Shown here: one piece after another, positions 27,609 to 37,195 of the stretch | Layout: each line of letters opens with the position of its first letter | Numbering within the stretch: position 1 is the first letter of the stretch | Origin: Nitrososphaerales archaeon | GTDB taxonomy: Archaea > Thermoproteota > Nitrososphaeria > Nitrososphaerales > UBA213 | Assembly (NCBI GenBank): GCA_046759645.1 | Contig: JBHICO010000002.1 | Location: forward strand, 2,725-66,724 | Direction: 5' to 3' | Length of the DNA: 64,000 nt | Notes under the pieces: model-generated | Database searches by the model: none | Told to the model about the DNA's origin: nothing | What the model saw: the letters and a program-made list of their open reading frames with translations, nothing else | Position numbers and translations under genes: made by a program

Positions 27609-28526
27609 TCAATATTTGTGCGTAATCCCCACCAACTCCATAACACTCTTCATTCCTTTCTTTTCTAGATATGAAGTGATACCTCGTGTAATGTTAGAGA
27701 ATGTCTTCAACCACTTGTCTCCTATCACACTTCCCATCTGGACTGCCGTAGCACCCGCTAACATGAATTCAACCGAGTCCTCCCATGTATATACACCGCC
27801 GCATCCTATTACTAGTATACTAACGTTCTTCGATATCTCGTAAACACATCTAATAGCAACAGGTTTTATTGCCTTGCCGGACAAACCTCCTACTTTGTTA
27901 CTCAAAAAAGGCATACCAGTTTCAATATTGATAGCCATTGCTCGTATCGTGTTTATAGCTGTTATTGCATCTGCACCAGCCTCCTTGGACACCCTAGCAG
28001 TATCAAGTATGTCACTTGCTCCCAGACCAACCTTCACTATAACGGGTTTCTTCGTATTTGACTTGGTACTTTTAACAATTTTATAAACAAGTTCAGGATC
28101 ATCTCCAACTTCTAAACCGACCTTTTCTACATGGGGACAGGATAAATTCAGTTCATAAGCAATCACATTGAGACCATCAAACTTTTTTATCATAGATACA
28201 AATTCATCTTCAGTAGATCCGACAAGGTTAACTATAATGGGCACTTTGTTGTTGCTCTGTATCTCCCTCACAAATGAATCCACACCAGGATTTGACAATC
28301 CAACAGCATTAAGATATCCACCATCAACGGATACCACAGTTGGATTTTTGTAACCTTCTCTGGGTTCAACACTTATCGATTTTGATACTACAGCACCTGC
28401 ACCCGCTTCGTAAACACGTTGGAGTACCTCATACGATATACCAAGAATGCCTGATGCCAGCATTGTGGGATTCCTTATCTGCACTCCACAGATATCTACA
28501 GAGAGATCAGTGCTATTTGGCAACAC
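27609..28526 (-). CDS. pyrD: Dihydroorotate dehydrogenase 1B catalytic subunit
   Basis: NPTMLASGILG, ELNLSCPHV, NTIRAMAI, GGLSGKAIKP, GCGGVYTWED. Confidence 0.9.
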   Translation of the reverse strand: MLPNSTDLSVDICGVQIRNPTMLASGILGISYEVLQRVYEAGAGAVVSKSISVEPREGYKNPTVVSVDGGYLNAVGLSNPGVDSFVREIQSNNKVPIIVNLVGSTEDEFVSMIKKFDGLNVIAYELNLSCPHVEKVGLEVGDDPELVYKIVKSTKSNTKKPVIVKVGLGASDILDTARVSKEAGADAITAINTIRAMAINIETGMPFLSNKVGGLSGKAIKPVAIRCVYEISKNVSILVIGCGGVYTWEDSVEFMLAGATAVQMGSVIGDKWLKTFSNITRGITSYLEKKGMKSVMELVGITHKY

Positions 28527-28670
28527 GGATACAAAGACTATATCACAATATAACGTTTAACAGTTATTTGCTTTTGAATTGACTATATAGCAGGACACGG
28601 TTTCAGGCTGTTTTGGTAGTGCGATTGAGCTGAAGATTATTTTTTATTATATTTGAAATCAAGTGCTACC

Positions 28671-28680
28671 TTTTTTAAGA
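28671..28680 (+). promoter_or_regulatory. Candidate TATA box for nop5-flpA (leaderless spacing)
   Basis: TTTTTTAAGA ends 23 nt before the ATG at 28704. Confidence 0.35.
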
Positions 28681-28703
28681 GCTAATAGGCTAGGTTTGTT
28701 ACC

Positions 28704-29960
28704 ATGTCAAAATGCACTATCCTCTTGCTTGAAGCCGGTATAGTCGCTCTCGACGATCAGGACAATGTCATTCGATCTTATAGCTTCGATACCCATATGG
28801 CCAAGACTTACCGGGCAATCAAAAGTGGCACACAAGTTGATCAGTTACAAGATGTGCTTGAGTTCTTAAGATTGGAGGGCTTTGATGCTGTAGTTTCAAA
28901 TGATGAGGGTCTTGCCAACATCCTGTCAAAAAATGATATCAGTGTTACGCTTATGGAGAGAGACAAGCAAACAGAACTTCAGGAGCAGAAGTTGAACCTA
29001 ATGGTAAAAGTCAATTTTGCAAAGAACGAATTCGAAGCTTTGGGCCTTCTAAGGAAGTTCGCAGTGGATCTGTCCTCTCTAAAGGTGGGTGAAATCTCTG
29101 CCAAACGGGACTATCACATAATCCAATCTATCAACGCAATGGACGAGGTTGACAAGATAATTAATCTGATGGGTTCTAGACTACGTGAATGGTACGGTTT
29201 GCATTTTCCTGAACTTGACGGTATGATACAGAATTTAATCACATATTGCGATACAGTTCTGGCGGGTTCTAGAGATTCTATAGATAAAGGCTCGTTGAAA
29301 GAAACAGGCATGCCTGAAGACAAAGCAGAAGAGATCGTATATGCTGCTCAAGTCAGCAAGGGTGGTGCAGTTACTGCAGAAAACGTTGAGGCTATAAAAA
29401 ACCTCGCAGGGGTTATCAAGAACCTTAACTCCGTACGCGGCTCTCTGACAGCGCATCTTGAACGTGAAATGGACTCAGTTGCGCCGAATGTGAAGGAAAT
29501 TCTTGGTGCAACTATAGGTGCTAGGATGATCGCGAAGACTGGTGGTTTAGAAAGGCTCTCTTACATGGCTGCGAGCACGATACAGGTGATAGGCGCAGAA
29601 AAGGCATTGTTCAGAGCACTAAAGACTGGTAGTAGACCTCCAAAACATGGCATAATATTCCAACACCCATTGATACATTCGGCACCAAAATGGCAGAGGG
29701 GTAAGATAGCCAGGGCTATAGCTGCAAAGGTTGCCATAGCTGCTCGCATAGATGTGCACAAGGGTAGCAAGGACTCCACTTTAACGGGAAAACTTGATGA
29801 GCGCATAGAGGAGATAAGGCAGAAGTATAAGGAACCCGTTGAACGGGAAGAGCATGTAGAGAGACCGTCTCCTATGTACGAGCAGAGAAGGAAAAGGGGA
29901 AGAGGAAATAAGAGGTTTAGAGACAAAAGGAGAAAGAACTTTGCGAAGCGAAGAAGATAG
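28704..29960 (+). CDS. nop5: C/D box sRNP protein Nop5 (Nop56/58)
   Basis: Nop domain GAEKALFRALKTGSRPPKHGIIFQHPLIHSAPKWQRGKIARAIAAKVAIAARID. Basic KR-rich C-terminal tail. Confidence 0.9.
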   Translation: MSKCTILLLEAGIVALDDQDNVIRSYSFDTHMAKTYRAIKSGTQVDQLQDVLEFLRLEGFDAVVSNDEGLANILSKNDISVTLMERDKQTELQEQKLNLMVKVNFAKNEFEALGLLRKFAVDLSSLKVGEISAKRDYHIIQSINAMDEVDKIINLMGSRLREWYGLHFPELDGMIQNLITYCDTVLAGSRDSIDKGSLKETGMPEDKAEEIVYAAQVSKGGAVTAENVEAIKNLAGVIKNLNSVRGSLTAHLEREMDSVAPNVKEILGATIGARMIAKTGGLERLSYMAASTIQVIGAEKALFRALKTGSRPPKHGIIFQHPLIHSAPKWQRGKIARAIAAKVAIAARIDVHKGSKDSTLTGKLDERIEEIRQKYKEPVEREEHVERPSPMYEQRRKRGRGNKRFRDKRRKNFAKRRR

Positions 29961-30624
29961 CCTGGCTTGGATAGATATAGAAGGTGAGAGCAGACTATGC
30001 ACGGAAAATCTCTCCAAAGGAGTTGATGTTTACGGAGAGCGTCTGATCAAAATCAAAGGGGTTGAATATAGAGTTTGGGATCCTTTTAGGAGCAAACTTG
30101 CTGCTGTATTAATTAAGGGTCTCAAATATCTTCCAATAAAATTTGGCGGGAAGGTTCTTTACCTTGGAGCTTCTACAGGTACAACTGCAAGCCATATTTC
30201 TGATATCGTAGGTTCCAGCGGTTTAGTGTTCTGTGTAGAATCAGCATCTAGAGTTGCAAGGGAGCTGATCGCAAGAGTTGCAACGTACAGAGCAAACATC
30301 ATACCCATAATTGAAGATGCACGCAAACCCAAAGCATATTTTTCTATCACAGGGTTGGTAGATGTGGTCTATTGTGACATTGCCCAGCCTGACCAGACAG
30401 AGATAGCAATGGCGAACTGCAGTATGTATCTGAAGAATCAAGGTTATCTTATGCTGGTCATTAAAACTAGGAGCATAGATGTTACCAAAGAACCTAAGGA
30501 TGTAGTTAACACTGAAGTAGCAAGGCTAAAGGCTGGAAGTTTTGAAGTAGAGCAAGTTATCAATCTGCAACCATTCGACAAGGACCATGCAATGGTTTCT
30601 GCTCGCCATCATCAAAAATCTTGA
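29941..30624 (+). CDS. flpA: Fibrillarin-like rRNA/tRNA 2'-O-methyltransferase
   Basis: VYGERLI..YRVWDPFRSKLAA, LYLGASTGTTASHISDIVG, VYCDIAQPDQ. TTG start overlaps the nop5 end by 20 nt; start uncertain. Confidence 0.9.
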   Translation: MRSEEDSLAWIDIEGESRLCTENLSKGVDVYGERLIKIKGVEYRVWDPFRSKLAAVLIKGLKYLPIKFGGKVLYLGASTGTTASHISDIVGSSGLVFCVESASRVARELIARVATYRANIIPIIEDARKPKAYFSITGLVDVVYCDIAQPDQTEIAMANCSMYLKNQGYLMLVIKTRSIDVTKEPKDVVNTEVARLKAGSFEVEQVINLQPFDKDHAMVSARHHQKS

Positions 30625-31262
30625 ACTTTCCTTGGTGTATGGCCTTTTAACAATAGCCTAACAGGCTTCCATGAAACTCTAACAAACGAGGGGGGTTTCT
30701 TATGTACATGCATCCATCTATGAACGAATTTCATAGTGCGCTTGTCTGAGGGGTATCCACTGCCTATATTGCCCGTTTTCTGCCGAAGTTTCAGTATCTC
30801 CCGGTCTCTCCTTACTTTAGCTACTATCGACGCGGCAGATACTGCAACATTCTCTGAATCAGCATGATGTCTAGAATCTACTTTAGCCCTGCACTTTAAG
30901 GTTGACAAAATGGCTTTCCTGAAGCGTTTGGGGTTTACGTCACACGAATCCACATATGCTATTTGAGGTCTTAACCTGTTTATGACAGTGGCCATGGCAG
31001 CAGCTTCTAGGGAATTAAGTGCTCTTGAAGCCACAGAGCGGTCTACATCGGCTGGTTTTAATACGTTCACGTAATAGTCATCAACGATCTTTAGAATTTC
31101 TCTGTAAAGCCTTTCTCTATTCTTAGGAGAGAGTTTCTTGGAATCTATCACGCCTAACATCTGTAGCCTTCTTAGTTTAGATCTTCTGACCGTGACACCA
31201 GCAATAACCAGCGGACCTAAAACCGCGCCCCTGCCAGACTCGTCAATGCCAGCTACTATCAT
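30612..31262 (-). CDS. rnhB: Ribonuclease HII
   Basis: MIVAGIDESGRGAVLGPLVIAGV, DSKKLSPKNRE, ADSENVAVSAASIVAKV. Confidence 0.9.
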   Translation of the reverse strand: MIVAGIDESGRGAVLGPLVIAGVTVRRSKLRRLQMLGVIDSKKLSPKNRERLYREILKIVDDYYVNVLKPADVDRSVASRALNSLEAAAMATVINRLRPQIAYVDSCDVNPKRFRKAILSTLKCRAKVDSRHHADSENVAVSAASIVAKVRRDREILKLRQKTGNIGSGYPSDKRTMKFVHRWMHVHKKPPSFVRVSWKPVRLLLKGHTPRKVQDF

Positions 31263-31810
31263 TCTAACCTCTCTAGCAATAGATATGGTACTTTATTTCT
31301 ATTTTGTATATCAAGATTGATCATAAAGCTAGCTTTTTCTCTAATCTGCTCTATTACTGGATGGTTTAGTTTTTTATGCACAACCACAATAATATGTTTA
31401 TCCAGAGCAAGCATGTGCTTTACCAAATCAATGAATTCTTTTGATTTGAACTCCAGTGGCCCCAGCTCATCGCATGCTATTACCTCTGCATCTGCAATTG
31501 CTCTTCGCAAGACGTTAACTGCGAATCTACATCCTTCTAGGTCAACTTTATACTTCCCTACTTTAGGACCCGTTCCTTCTACTGAAGCTAGCAAGGCAGT
31601 TTCATTGCTGCTTATATCTACAAACTCAAAACCTATTCTTACATAGTCCTTCCTAATGTCTCTGGAGACAATGCCACCTACACTTACCCCCCTCTGTTTT
31701 AGCATTTCAGCCAGACGTATCACAGCCGTGGTTTTTCCCGTCCCTGGGTATCCAGTTAGTATAAAGATAGCCATTCTATCAATAAATTCTGATCCGGGTA
31801 GATAAAGCAT
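31259..31810 (-). CDS. Nucleoside-triphosphatase, THEP1-like (P-loop)
   Basis: IFILTGYPGTGKTT Walker A, GFEFVDISS, VIACDELGPLE Walker B. Confidence 0.7.
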   Translation of the reverse strand: MLYLPGSEFIDRMAIFILTGYPGTGKTTAVIRLAEMLKQRGVSVGGIVSRDIRKDYVRIGFEFVDISSNETALLASVEGTGPKVGKYKVDLEGCRFAVNVLRRAIADAEVIACDELGPLEFKSKEFIDLVKHMLALDKHIIVVVHKKLNHPVIEQIREKASFMINLDIQNRNKVPYLLLERLE

Positions 31811-31837
31811 TTAAGCAATTTTGTACATAATCATATT

Positions 31838-32161
31838 ATGGTCGATGATTTTATTCTACTAGTTAACGAAAAAAGATTGCGTTCTAGGCTAAAGAGTATA
31901 CGCAATTTTTATAAAGACACTCAGCTGTGTGGAAAGTCCAATATAGAGCGAGGTGAAGTGCTAATGCATCTTGATTACTTTAATAGGATATTGATAGAGC
32001 TTGGCAAGAGGTATGGAACGGAAATGCTAACTAACGATGGCTTGACCCATATAAGAAATTACAAGAACGAACTGGGCAAAGTAGAACCTGATCCAAATAT
32101 TATGCATAGATCATACTCTGGATTACGGAACATTCTGTTTGCTCTAATGCCTCACACATAA
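31838..32161 (+). CDS. Hypothetical protein
   Basis: ATG ORF filling the gap between divergent genes. No recognised motif. Confidence 0.35.
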   Translation: MVDDFILLVNEKRLRSRLKSIRNFYKDTQLCGKSNIERGEVLMHLDYFNRILIELGKRYGTEMLTNDGLTHIRNYKNELGKVEPDPNIMHRSYSGLRNILFALMPHT

Positions 32162-32200
32162 CCACAAACGTTCTTATCTTATCCTCAAACTGCATATATT

Positions 32201-33361
32201 ATGCAGAGCCTGCAGACCATAGTTGAAGGTGGCACAAAACTGGTTGTGCCTGAAGAATCTCTAACCAATACAGTACCACCTAGAAGCCCAGTATTTTTCA
32301 ACCCAAATGCTAGGCTTAGCAGGGATTTTTCGATCATTGCATACAAGTCTTATGCAAAGAACTTGAACGAAAAAAGCATGGCAGACGCACTTGCTGGAGT
32401 AGGCGCAAGAGCTCTCAGAACTGCTGTTGAGGTGAAGGAACTTGAGGAGGTATACATCAACGATGCCAACCCCATTGCCCTTGACATGGCAAGACAATCT
32501 AGCGAACTCAATTATGTTGAAGAACGGTGCAAATTCAGTGTGAATGAAGCATGTAAATTTCTTATTGAACATTCTTCTAAGGGGTCAAGGTTAGGTATAG
32601 TTGATCTGGATCCGTTTGGAACACCTGCACCATATATTGACTGTGCGCTTCGAGCAGTAAATGATGAAGGGCTACTAAGCATAACAGCCACAGACACTCC
32701 TGTTCTTTGCGGGATATATCCAGATGTATGCATCAGAAGGTACTATGGAAGATCAATGAATGTTGAGTACGGAAACGAAATTGCTTTACGATTGCTCATC
32801 GGTCTAGTCTCGATGATAGGTTCTAGACTTGAGCTTGGGATCAGACCTTTATTTATTCACAGTGTAAGAAACTACCTACGCGTTTATGTTAGAGTAAATG
32901 TAGGCGCTCGCTATGCCGAAGCAATGCCTAGCAAGATAGGTTACATCTACCACTGTTTTTGCTGCAACAATAGAATGCACACAGATCAAACTGATGATCA
33001 TAAAATTTGTGATACTTGCAAAAAACCAATGAGGGTCGGCGGGCCATTGTGGATAGCAGGTGTATTCGATGCAGATTTTGTCGAAGAAATGTTATTCTCT
33101 GTTAAAGCTTGTGATGTTGATAAAAGTTGCAGTAAATTACTTTCTATAGCTAGGGAGGAGATCAAAATGCCTCCTGCATATTTCTCTATAAATAAAATCT
33201 CAGAAAGAGTAAGGGTAACACCACCAGCTATTTCTGCTGTGATTCATAAACTGAAATCATCTGGTTTTTCGGCTGCACGAACGAGTCTGCGACCTACAGG
33301 ATTTAAAACTGATGCAAGTTATAAAGAAGTTTTAGATTTGTTCATAACCCTTGTAACCTAA
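32201..33361 (+). CDS. trm1: tRNA (guanine26-N2)-dimethyltransferase
   Basis: VFFNPNARLSRDFSI, DALAGVGARALR, VDLDPFGTPAPYIDCALRAV. Zn-finger Cys pairs CFCC...CDTC. Confidence 0.85.
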   Translation: MQSLQTIVEGGTKLVVPEESLTNTVPPRSPVFFNPNARLSRDFSIIAYKSYAKNLNEKSMADALAGVGARALRTAVEVKELEEVYINDANPIALDMARQSSELNYVEERCKFSVNEACKFLIEHSSKGSRLGIVDLDPFGTPAPYIDCALRAVNDEGLLSITATDTPVLCGIYPDVCIRRYYGRSMNVEYGNEIALRLLIGLVSMIGSRLELGIRPLFIHSVRNYLRVYVRVNVGARYAEAMPSKIGYIYHCFCCNNRMHTDQTDDHKICDTCKKPMRVGGPLWIAGVFDADFVEEMLFSVKACDVDKSCSKLLSIAREEIKMPPAYFSINKISERVRVTPPAISAVIHKLKSSGFSAARTSLRPTGFKTDASYKEVLDLFITLVT

Positions 33362-33937
33362 ACATACAAGATAGATCTCACTGCTAGCCTTCCTGCTTGC
33401 TCTTGGCTTGTACGACCGTACAACTCTGAACTTTTCCTTAAGAATATTCCTCAAGTCATTTAACATGCTGCCTTCATAAACCTTGAATACAGCATTGCCA
33501 TCTTTCACAAGTATTTTATCCGCTATGGTTATCGCATTTTCTGTCAACCCTATCTGCCTTGCGTGATCCAGCTGCCAGACCCCCATAATGTTTGGCGCCA
33601 CATCAGATAATACCAGATCTACCTTTCTCCTCATTATTGAAAGGATCTTTTCCACCAATGATAGATCGTTAATATCTCCCTGGACAACCTGAATGTTAGG
33701 TAGTGGTTTAACTGGTTTGGCATCAATACCAAGAATGTTCGCATGCCCACCAACAAACTTTCTTGCAACCTGTAACCACCCACCTGGTGCACAGCCGAGA
33801 TCGACGACGTACATTCCTCTACGTATTATATGATATGAACGGTTAATCTCCATTAATTTGAAAGCTGCTCTGCTTCTATAACCACGTTCATTCGCTAACC
33901 TTCTATACAGATCGCGTTTAGCCTCTTGCAGGCGCAT
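33332..33937 (-). CDS. rlmE: 23S rRNA 2'-O-ribose methyltransferase RlmE/FtsJ
   Basis: YRSRAAFKLMEINRSYHIIRRGMYVVDLGCAPGGWLQVA, VLSDVAPN, FKVYEG. Confidence 0.85.
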   Translation of the reverse strand: MRLQEAKRDLYRRLANERGYRSRAAFKLMEINRSYHIIRRGMYVVDLGCAPGGWLQVARKFVGGHANILGIDAKPVKPLPNIQVVQGDINDLSLVEKILSIMRRKVDLVLSDVAPNIMGVWQLDHARQIGLTENAITIADKILVKDGNAVFKVYEGSMLNDLRNILKEKFRVVRSYKPRASRKASSEIYLVCLGYKGYEQI

Positions 33938-34361
33938 ACTTTTTACCGTCTGTAGTTATGTTAATTAATTGTTCTGACCTGCCAATTTCATTCAATATCC
34001 AGTTTTCTATAAGCATACACGTATTGGGGCTTACAGCGCTATCAACAGAGCACATATGTTCAACCGGGCATGTAAGGCATGGTGCCTGCTCTATGCAGGT
34101 AGTATCAACTGGTAGCTTTATTGCTATTAGCTTGTATGTCCATCTGCCACTTTCTAGAACTTTTTCTCGCTTTATGAGCGACCTCCGTTCTAGCCTTATA
34201 GAAAGCCGAGAACCGTCCCTGCTTGTAAGATCAAGTTTCTTCCATAACTCACTTTGAAGAATACCATCCTTTCCATTCTCTACGACCACACGAAAGACCT
34301 TGGATGTCAGGTCCTCAATAGAATCATCTTCACTCAAACGACAACCAAACCCCGTTACCAT
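33918..34361 (-). CDS. TFE-beta / RPC34-like protein (winged helix plus C-terminal Cys cluster)
   Basis: WH segment ILQSELWKKLDLTSRDGSRLSIRLERRSLIKRE. C-terminal CIEQAPCLTCPVEHMCSVDSAVSPNTCMLIENW resembles the Fe-S cluster motif of RPC34/TFE-beta. ATG at 34361 preferred over 34418. Confidence 0.55.
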   Translation of the reverse strand: MVTGFGCRLSEDDSIEDLTSKVFRVVVENGKDGILQSELWKKLDLTSRDGSRLSIRLERRSLIKREKVLESGRWTYKLIAIKLPVDTTCIEQAPCLTCPVEHMCSVDSAVSPNTCMLIENWILNEIGRSEQLINITTDGKKYAPARG

Positions 34362-34904
34362 ACTACAACCTACTTGTAAATAATTGTTTAGTTCTTGTGA
34401 TTTTTGCAGGTGACGCACAGGGCGAATATGGTTTAAGCCAGATTGCCTAGGTTAACCCGATAAATTGTTACATTTCTGCATTCTATGAATTTTGCACTTA
34501 CCATTAGTTACCGTACAATTCACAGTAGCCCTGCGGATTCGTTTTATCAAAATTAAATATATTGAAATTTTACAATTTATGCGATAAACGCAACACGTAG
34601 GGGCTACTATCTACACATTTTTACCGCTGTGATCATTTGGAAGCAAGGTATATGTAAGTAAAATGAATATACCACTTATTCTGGATTACGTGCAGCAGTT
34701 GTAGCGGCTTTAACAATCTCGTGTTTAGACAGACATCGTTAACAGCATTGCTGCATTGAGACCTCGTATGTTTATTTTCATTGATAAACCCTCTCAAATA
34801 GTTGATATTTACCAATATAAAGCCCCACAGTGAATATAGTGATTACAGTGGGCTGTTCGCATATAACAAGAAATAAAAAGGATATCAATAGAAATTCTAG
34901 TAAG

Positions 34905-36536
34905 ATGCATGTATTTAATCCAAGGCACCTTACCGTACCAACCATAATATTAGTCGCAACGATGGCTGTGCCTTTAGGCTACGCACAGTTTGACATGACT
35001 GATAGTGCCCTTGTAAATATTACTGCAAAGAGCTGGAAGACTATTTCAGTTATAAAGGTAGAAAATAGCGAGGATAATATTTACAACGCTAACCTTGTGT
35101 GGCTTACGCTACAGAATGGTATCATTGCATCATATAAGGCTGAAGAAGGATGGAGTACAGAAGCATCATCATCAAATCCAAATGCTATACAATTTAGGAC
35201 GGACGATAACGTGATAAGGCCTGGTGAATCTACAAGGTTTGGTATCAAGTCAGATCAATCAAACCCGATCTTCCAGTGGATCGTCATTGACGAAGAAGGT
35301 GACGAGCTTGGAAGTGGCACAATAGATGTGGTCAAGGCCATGCAGGAGGAATCCGCCAGAACTTCTAGTAGAGATAATACAAACGTAGTACCAGGCAATT
35401 TAACTCCACCGCCAACAACTAACGGTAGTGACAAATCAAATATTCCGGACAAAGAACCAGCGATTGCGCTAGTCCCTGGTACGGCAAGACCAGGCATAGT
35501 TGTCAGATTAATAGGCGAAGGTTTCATGCCGGAATCTAGGATAACTGTTCTGTTTGACGGAAAATTAATAGAGACCTTTCAGACAGAATCTGACGGAACT
35601 ATTAGGGATAGAATAAAGATTCCAGAAACTGCAGTTGACGGTGCACACCAGGTGTCTGTATCCGACAGCAATGGAAGAGCCGCAAATCTTCCTATAAACG
35701 TAGAGATAAAAGAAAGAACGATCCCATTTACAATAACTACTGAACAAGAAGAATACAAACAGGGCGAACTTGTGAAGATAGTTGGTAAAGGAAAAGCAGG
35801 TGCGGCTGTTTCACTTAGGGCTGTAGATCCTTCTGGGCTCTCAATATTCTCATCGGCAGTTCCCGTTGACAATGATGGCATATACACAGCGTTTATACCT
35901 TTAGACTCCGCAGCTGTGACTGGTGAATATCTAATATCTGCACTGCAGGATGGCAGAACTATTACAATAAAGTTCAAAGTTTTGACGGAAGTTGGATACG
36001 AGATCTCAATATCTACTGACAAGTTCGAGTACAAACAGGGTGAGAGTGTGGTAATTACAGGACAGACATCACCAAATAAAGATGTTGATATTACAGTTTT
36101 CGATCCAAACGGTGTCGAGATATACACAACTTCTGTTACATCAGATAGTTCCGGAGAATTCACTGCTTCAATGATAGTACCTGCGGATTCCCCTCTAGGC
36201 AAATATACGTGTGGCCTCACGTCAGGCGACGAAGAGATAGCCCTAACTTTCTCCGTAGTAAGGGGTTCGGTTGCCCTTATAGTGCAGACTGACAAGAGTG
36301 AGTACAGAGACGGAGAGCTTGTAAGGATCTCTGGTAAAGGAAAACCCAGTGACAGGGTATCAATAGTCATACTTACACCTAAGGAAGATCGTATACCAAT
36401 GTCTGCAAGCACAAAGGAAGATGGAACTTATAGTGCATTATGGTTGATCCAGAAGACAGCGCCTGCTGGTACTTATGAAGTCATTGTTCAGCAAGGGGAG
36501 TCAAGAACAGAGGCTTTCTTTGCGGTATTCTCCTAA
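34905..36536 (+). CDS. Secreted protein: N-terminal beta domain, Thr/Pro linker, one IPT/TIG-like domain, four MG/Ig-like repeats
   Basis: Signal-like MHVFNPRHLTVPTIILVATMAVPLGYAQ. IPT unit AIALVPGTARPGIVVRLIGEGF...GAHQVSVSD. Four units with (E/D)(E/K)xEYKQGExVxIxGKG...PxGxYxV. No anchor. Confidence 0.65.
   Translation: MHVFNPRHLTVPTIILVATMAVPLGYAQFDMTDSALVNITAKSWKTISVIKVENSEDNIYNANLVWLTLQNGIIASYKAEEGWSTEASSSNPNAIQFRTDDNVIRPGESTRFGIKSDQSNPIFQWIVIDEEGDELGSGTIDVVKAMQEESARTSSRDNTNVVPGNLTPPPTTNGSDKSNIPDKEPAIALVPGTARPGIVVRLIGEGFMPESRITVLFDGKLIETFQTESDGTIRDRIKIPETAVDGAHQVSVSDSNGRAANLPINVEIKERTIPFTITTEQEEYKQGELVKIVGKGKAGAAVSLRAVDPSGLSIFSSAVPVDNDGIYTAFIPLDSAAVTGEYLISALQDGRTITIKFKVLTEVGYEISISTDKFEYKQGESVVITGQTSPNKDVDITVFDPNGVEIYTTSVTSDSSGEFTASMIVPADSPLGKYTCGLTSGDEEIALTFSVVRGSVALIVQTDKSEYRDGELVRISGKGKPSDRVSIVILTPKEDRIPMSASTKEDGTYSALWLIQKTAPAGTYEVIVQQGESRTEAFFAVFS
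35720..36533 (+). repeat. Four diverged tandem coding repeats (about 200 nt) encoding MG/Ig-like modules
   Basis: Repeat starts are read from the protein: FTITTEQEEYKQGELV, ISISTDKFEYKQGESV, LIVQTDKSEYRDGELV. One less regular unit lies between them. Confidence 0.5.
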
Positions 36537-36655
36537 TTATTATTCATTATCCTGAGGATTTTGCTAATTCAGCAATGTATTTGCACAGGAGCGATAAAAA
36601 ATATACGATTATGATACATACAAACTCATTCGTAATTAAACAAGTTAACCACACC

Positions 36656-37141
36656 TTATCCTATATAGGACATATTGGATCTATCAAAATTCTTGATGAG
36701 TTCAAAATCCTTGCCAAATTCAGCAGCCATGAGTTTTTTCAGTTGGGGGTAGAGTGATGCTGGGTCCTCTTTTGCCATTCTGGTTGCTACATGCGCATCA
36801 CCAAAAAGTGTGTTGCACATATTATACGTCAAATTTCTCACCTTGAATTCATCAACTATACCCAAACTGTGTAGATATTCATGTGCTAAAACCACGAATA
36901 AATATGAGTTGTACTCCTCCTTACCTTGTGCCATAGTCTTTATAGCACTAAGCACATATCTGTTCACTACTATAAAATTTGACCCCAGAACATGATAAGC
37001 ACCAATAAAGTTCGGCATATCTTGCAATAACAGATTCAATCCTGCACGCCTCATCTTATATTTGTCATACACTGCTGTTCTAACGAGTTCAAAAGCATCT
37101 TCAAATCCCTGCAGGTTTTTCAGCCTCTTATTGTAAGACAT
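36656..37141 (-). CDS. Hypothetical protein with HExxH zinc-peptidase motif
   Basis: VVLAHEYLHSLG contains HEYLH. No other family signature recognised. Confidence 0.4.
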   Translation of the reverse strand: MSYNKRLKNLQGFEDAFELVRTAVYDKYKMRRAGLNLLLQDMPNFIGAYHVLGSNFIVVNRYVLSAIKTMAQGKEEYNSYLFVVLAHEYLHSLGIVDEFKVRNLTYNMCNTLFGDAHVATRMAKEDPASLYPQLKKLMAAEFGKDFELIKNFDRSNMSYIG

Positions 37142-37195
37142 CTGTTACTAAATACGAGAAATAACAATATAAACTTGTTTTGTTACAAATATCGA

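Noticed and set aside
35579-36412. 277-aa minus-strand ORF antisense to the secreted repeat protein gene.
   Set aside because: Same explanation as for the IPT/TIG gene. The sense frame has domain periodicity and a signal peptide, while the antisense product is featureless.
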